7,790 bases of DNA from Amoebophrya sp. A120 (taxonomy: Eukaryota; Protista; Dinoflagellata). The stretch lies in NCBI GenBank assembly GCA_905178155.1, contig CAJINV010000011.1:2933360-2941149 (forward strand), given 5' to 3'. The position numbers and the translations under genes were made by a program. The stretch's first letter is position 1; every line of letters starts with the position of its first letter. Below the pieces are notes generated by a model. That model had not been told where the DNA came from and searched no databases. It saw only the letters and a list, made by a program, of their open reading frames with translations. This document shows positions 7,614 to 7,790 of this stretch, one piece after another.

Positions 7614-7790
7614 AACCGAGAATCGGAAACCGAGAATCGGAAACCGGAAACCGAGAACCGAGAATCGGAAACCGAGAACCGAGAATCGGAAACCGAGAGC
7701 CGAGAATTGGAAACCGAGAACCGAGAACCTGAAACCGAGAATCGGAAACCGAGAACCGAGAATCGGAAACCGAGAATCGGAAACCGAGAA
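7614..7790. repeat. Heptamer satellite built from AACCGAG and AATCGGA units, running off the window end
   Basis: 25 full 7-nt units in exact register plus 2 nt. Variants are AACCGGA, AGCCGAG, AATTGGA and AACCTGA. Confidence 0.95.

Noticed and set aside
7614-7790. CRISPR array or telomere
   Set aside because: There are no unique spacers, and the units lack the G3 run of TTTAGGG-type telomeric repeats.

Overview
Eukaryotic, protist-like genomic DNA in which every credible gene lies on the minus strand. The genes are an intronless Atx1-type copper chaperone (356-595), a ~740-aa hypothetical protein (1369-3863) and a two-RRM RNA-binding protein with a G/K-rich tail (5040-6414). The best-supported signal is a ~263-nt element inside the hypothetical gene (2342-2609). 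It has 31-nt terminal inverted repeats and TGCGA direct repeats, and removing it fuses the two long ORFs in frame, as expected for an introner or MITE-derived intron. The RRM gene has one normal GT-AG intron plus a frame break at 5511 that no GT-AG intron repairs while keeping the RRM intact. Two non-coding blocks (1-351 and 7173-7468) fold by eye into nested stems and share short motifs with each other. One of those motifs recurs just before a two-variant heptamer satellite at the window end (7614-7790). Co-oriented genes, IR/DR-bounded introns and GKG-rich tails suggest an Amoebophrya-like alveolate, but this is inference. All folding and homology statements were made by eye, with no searches run.
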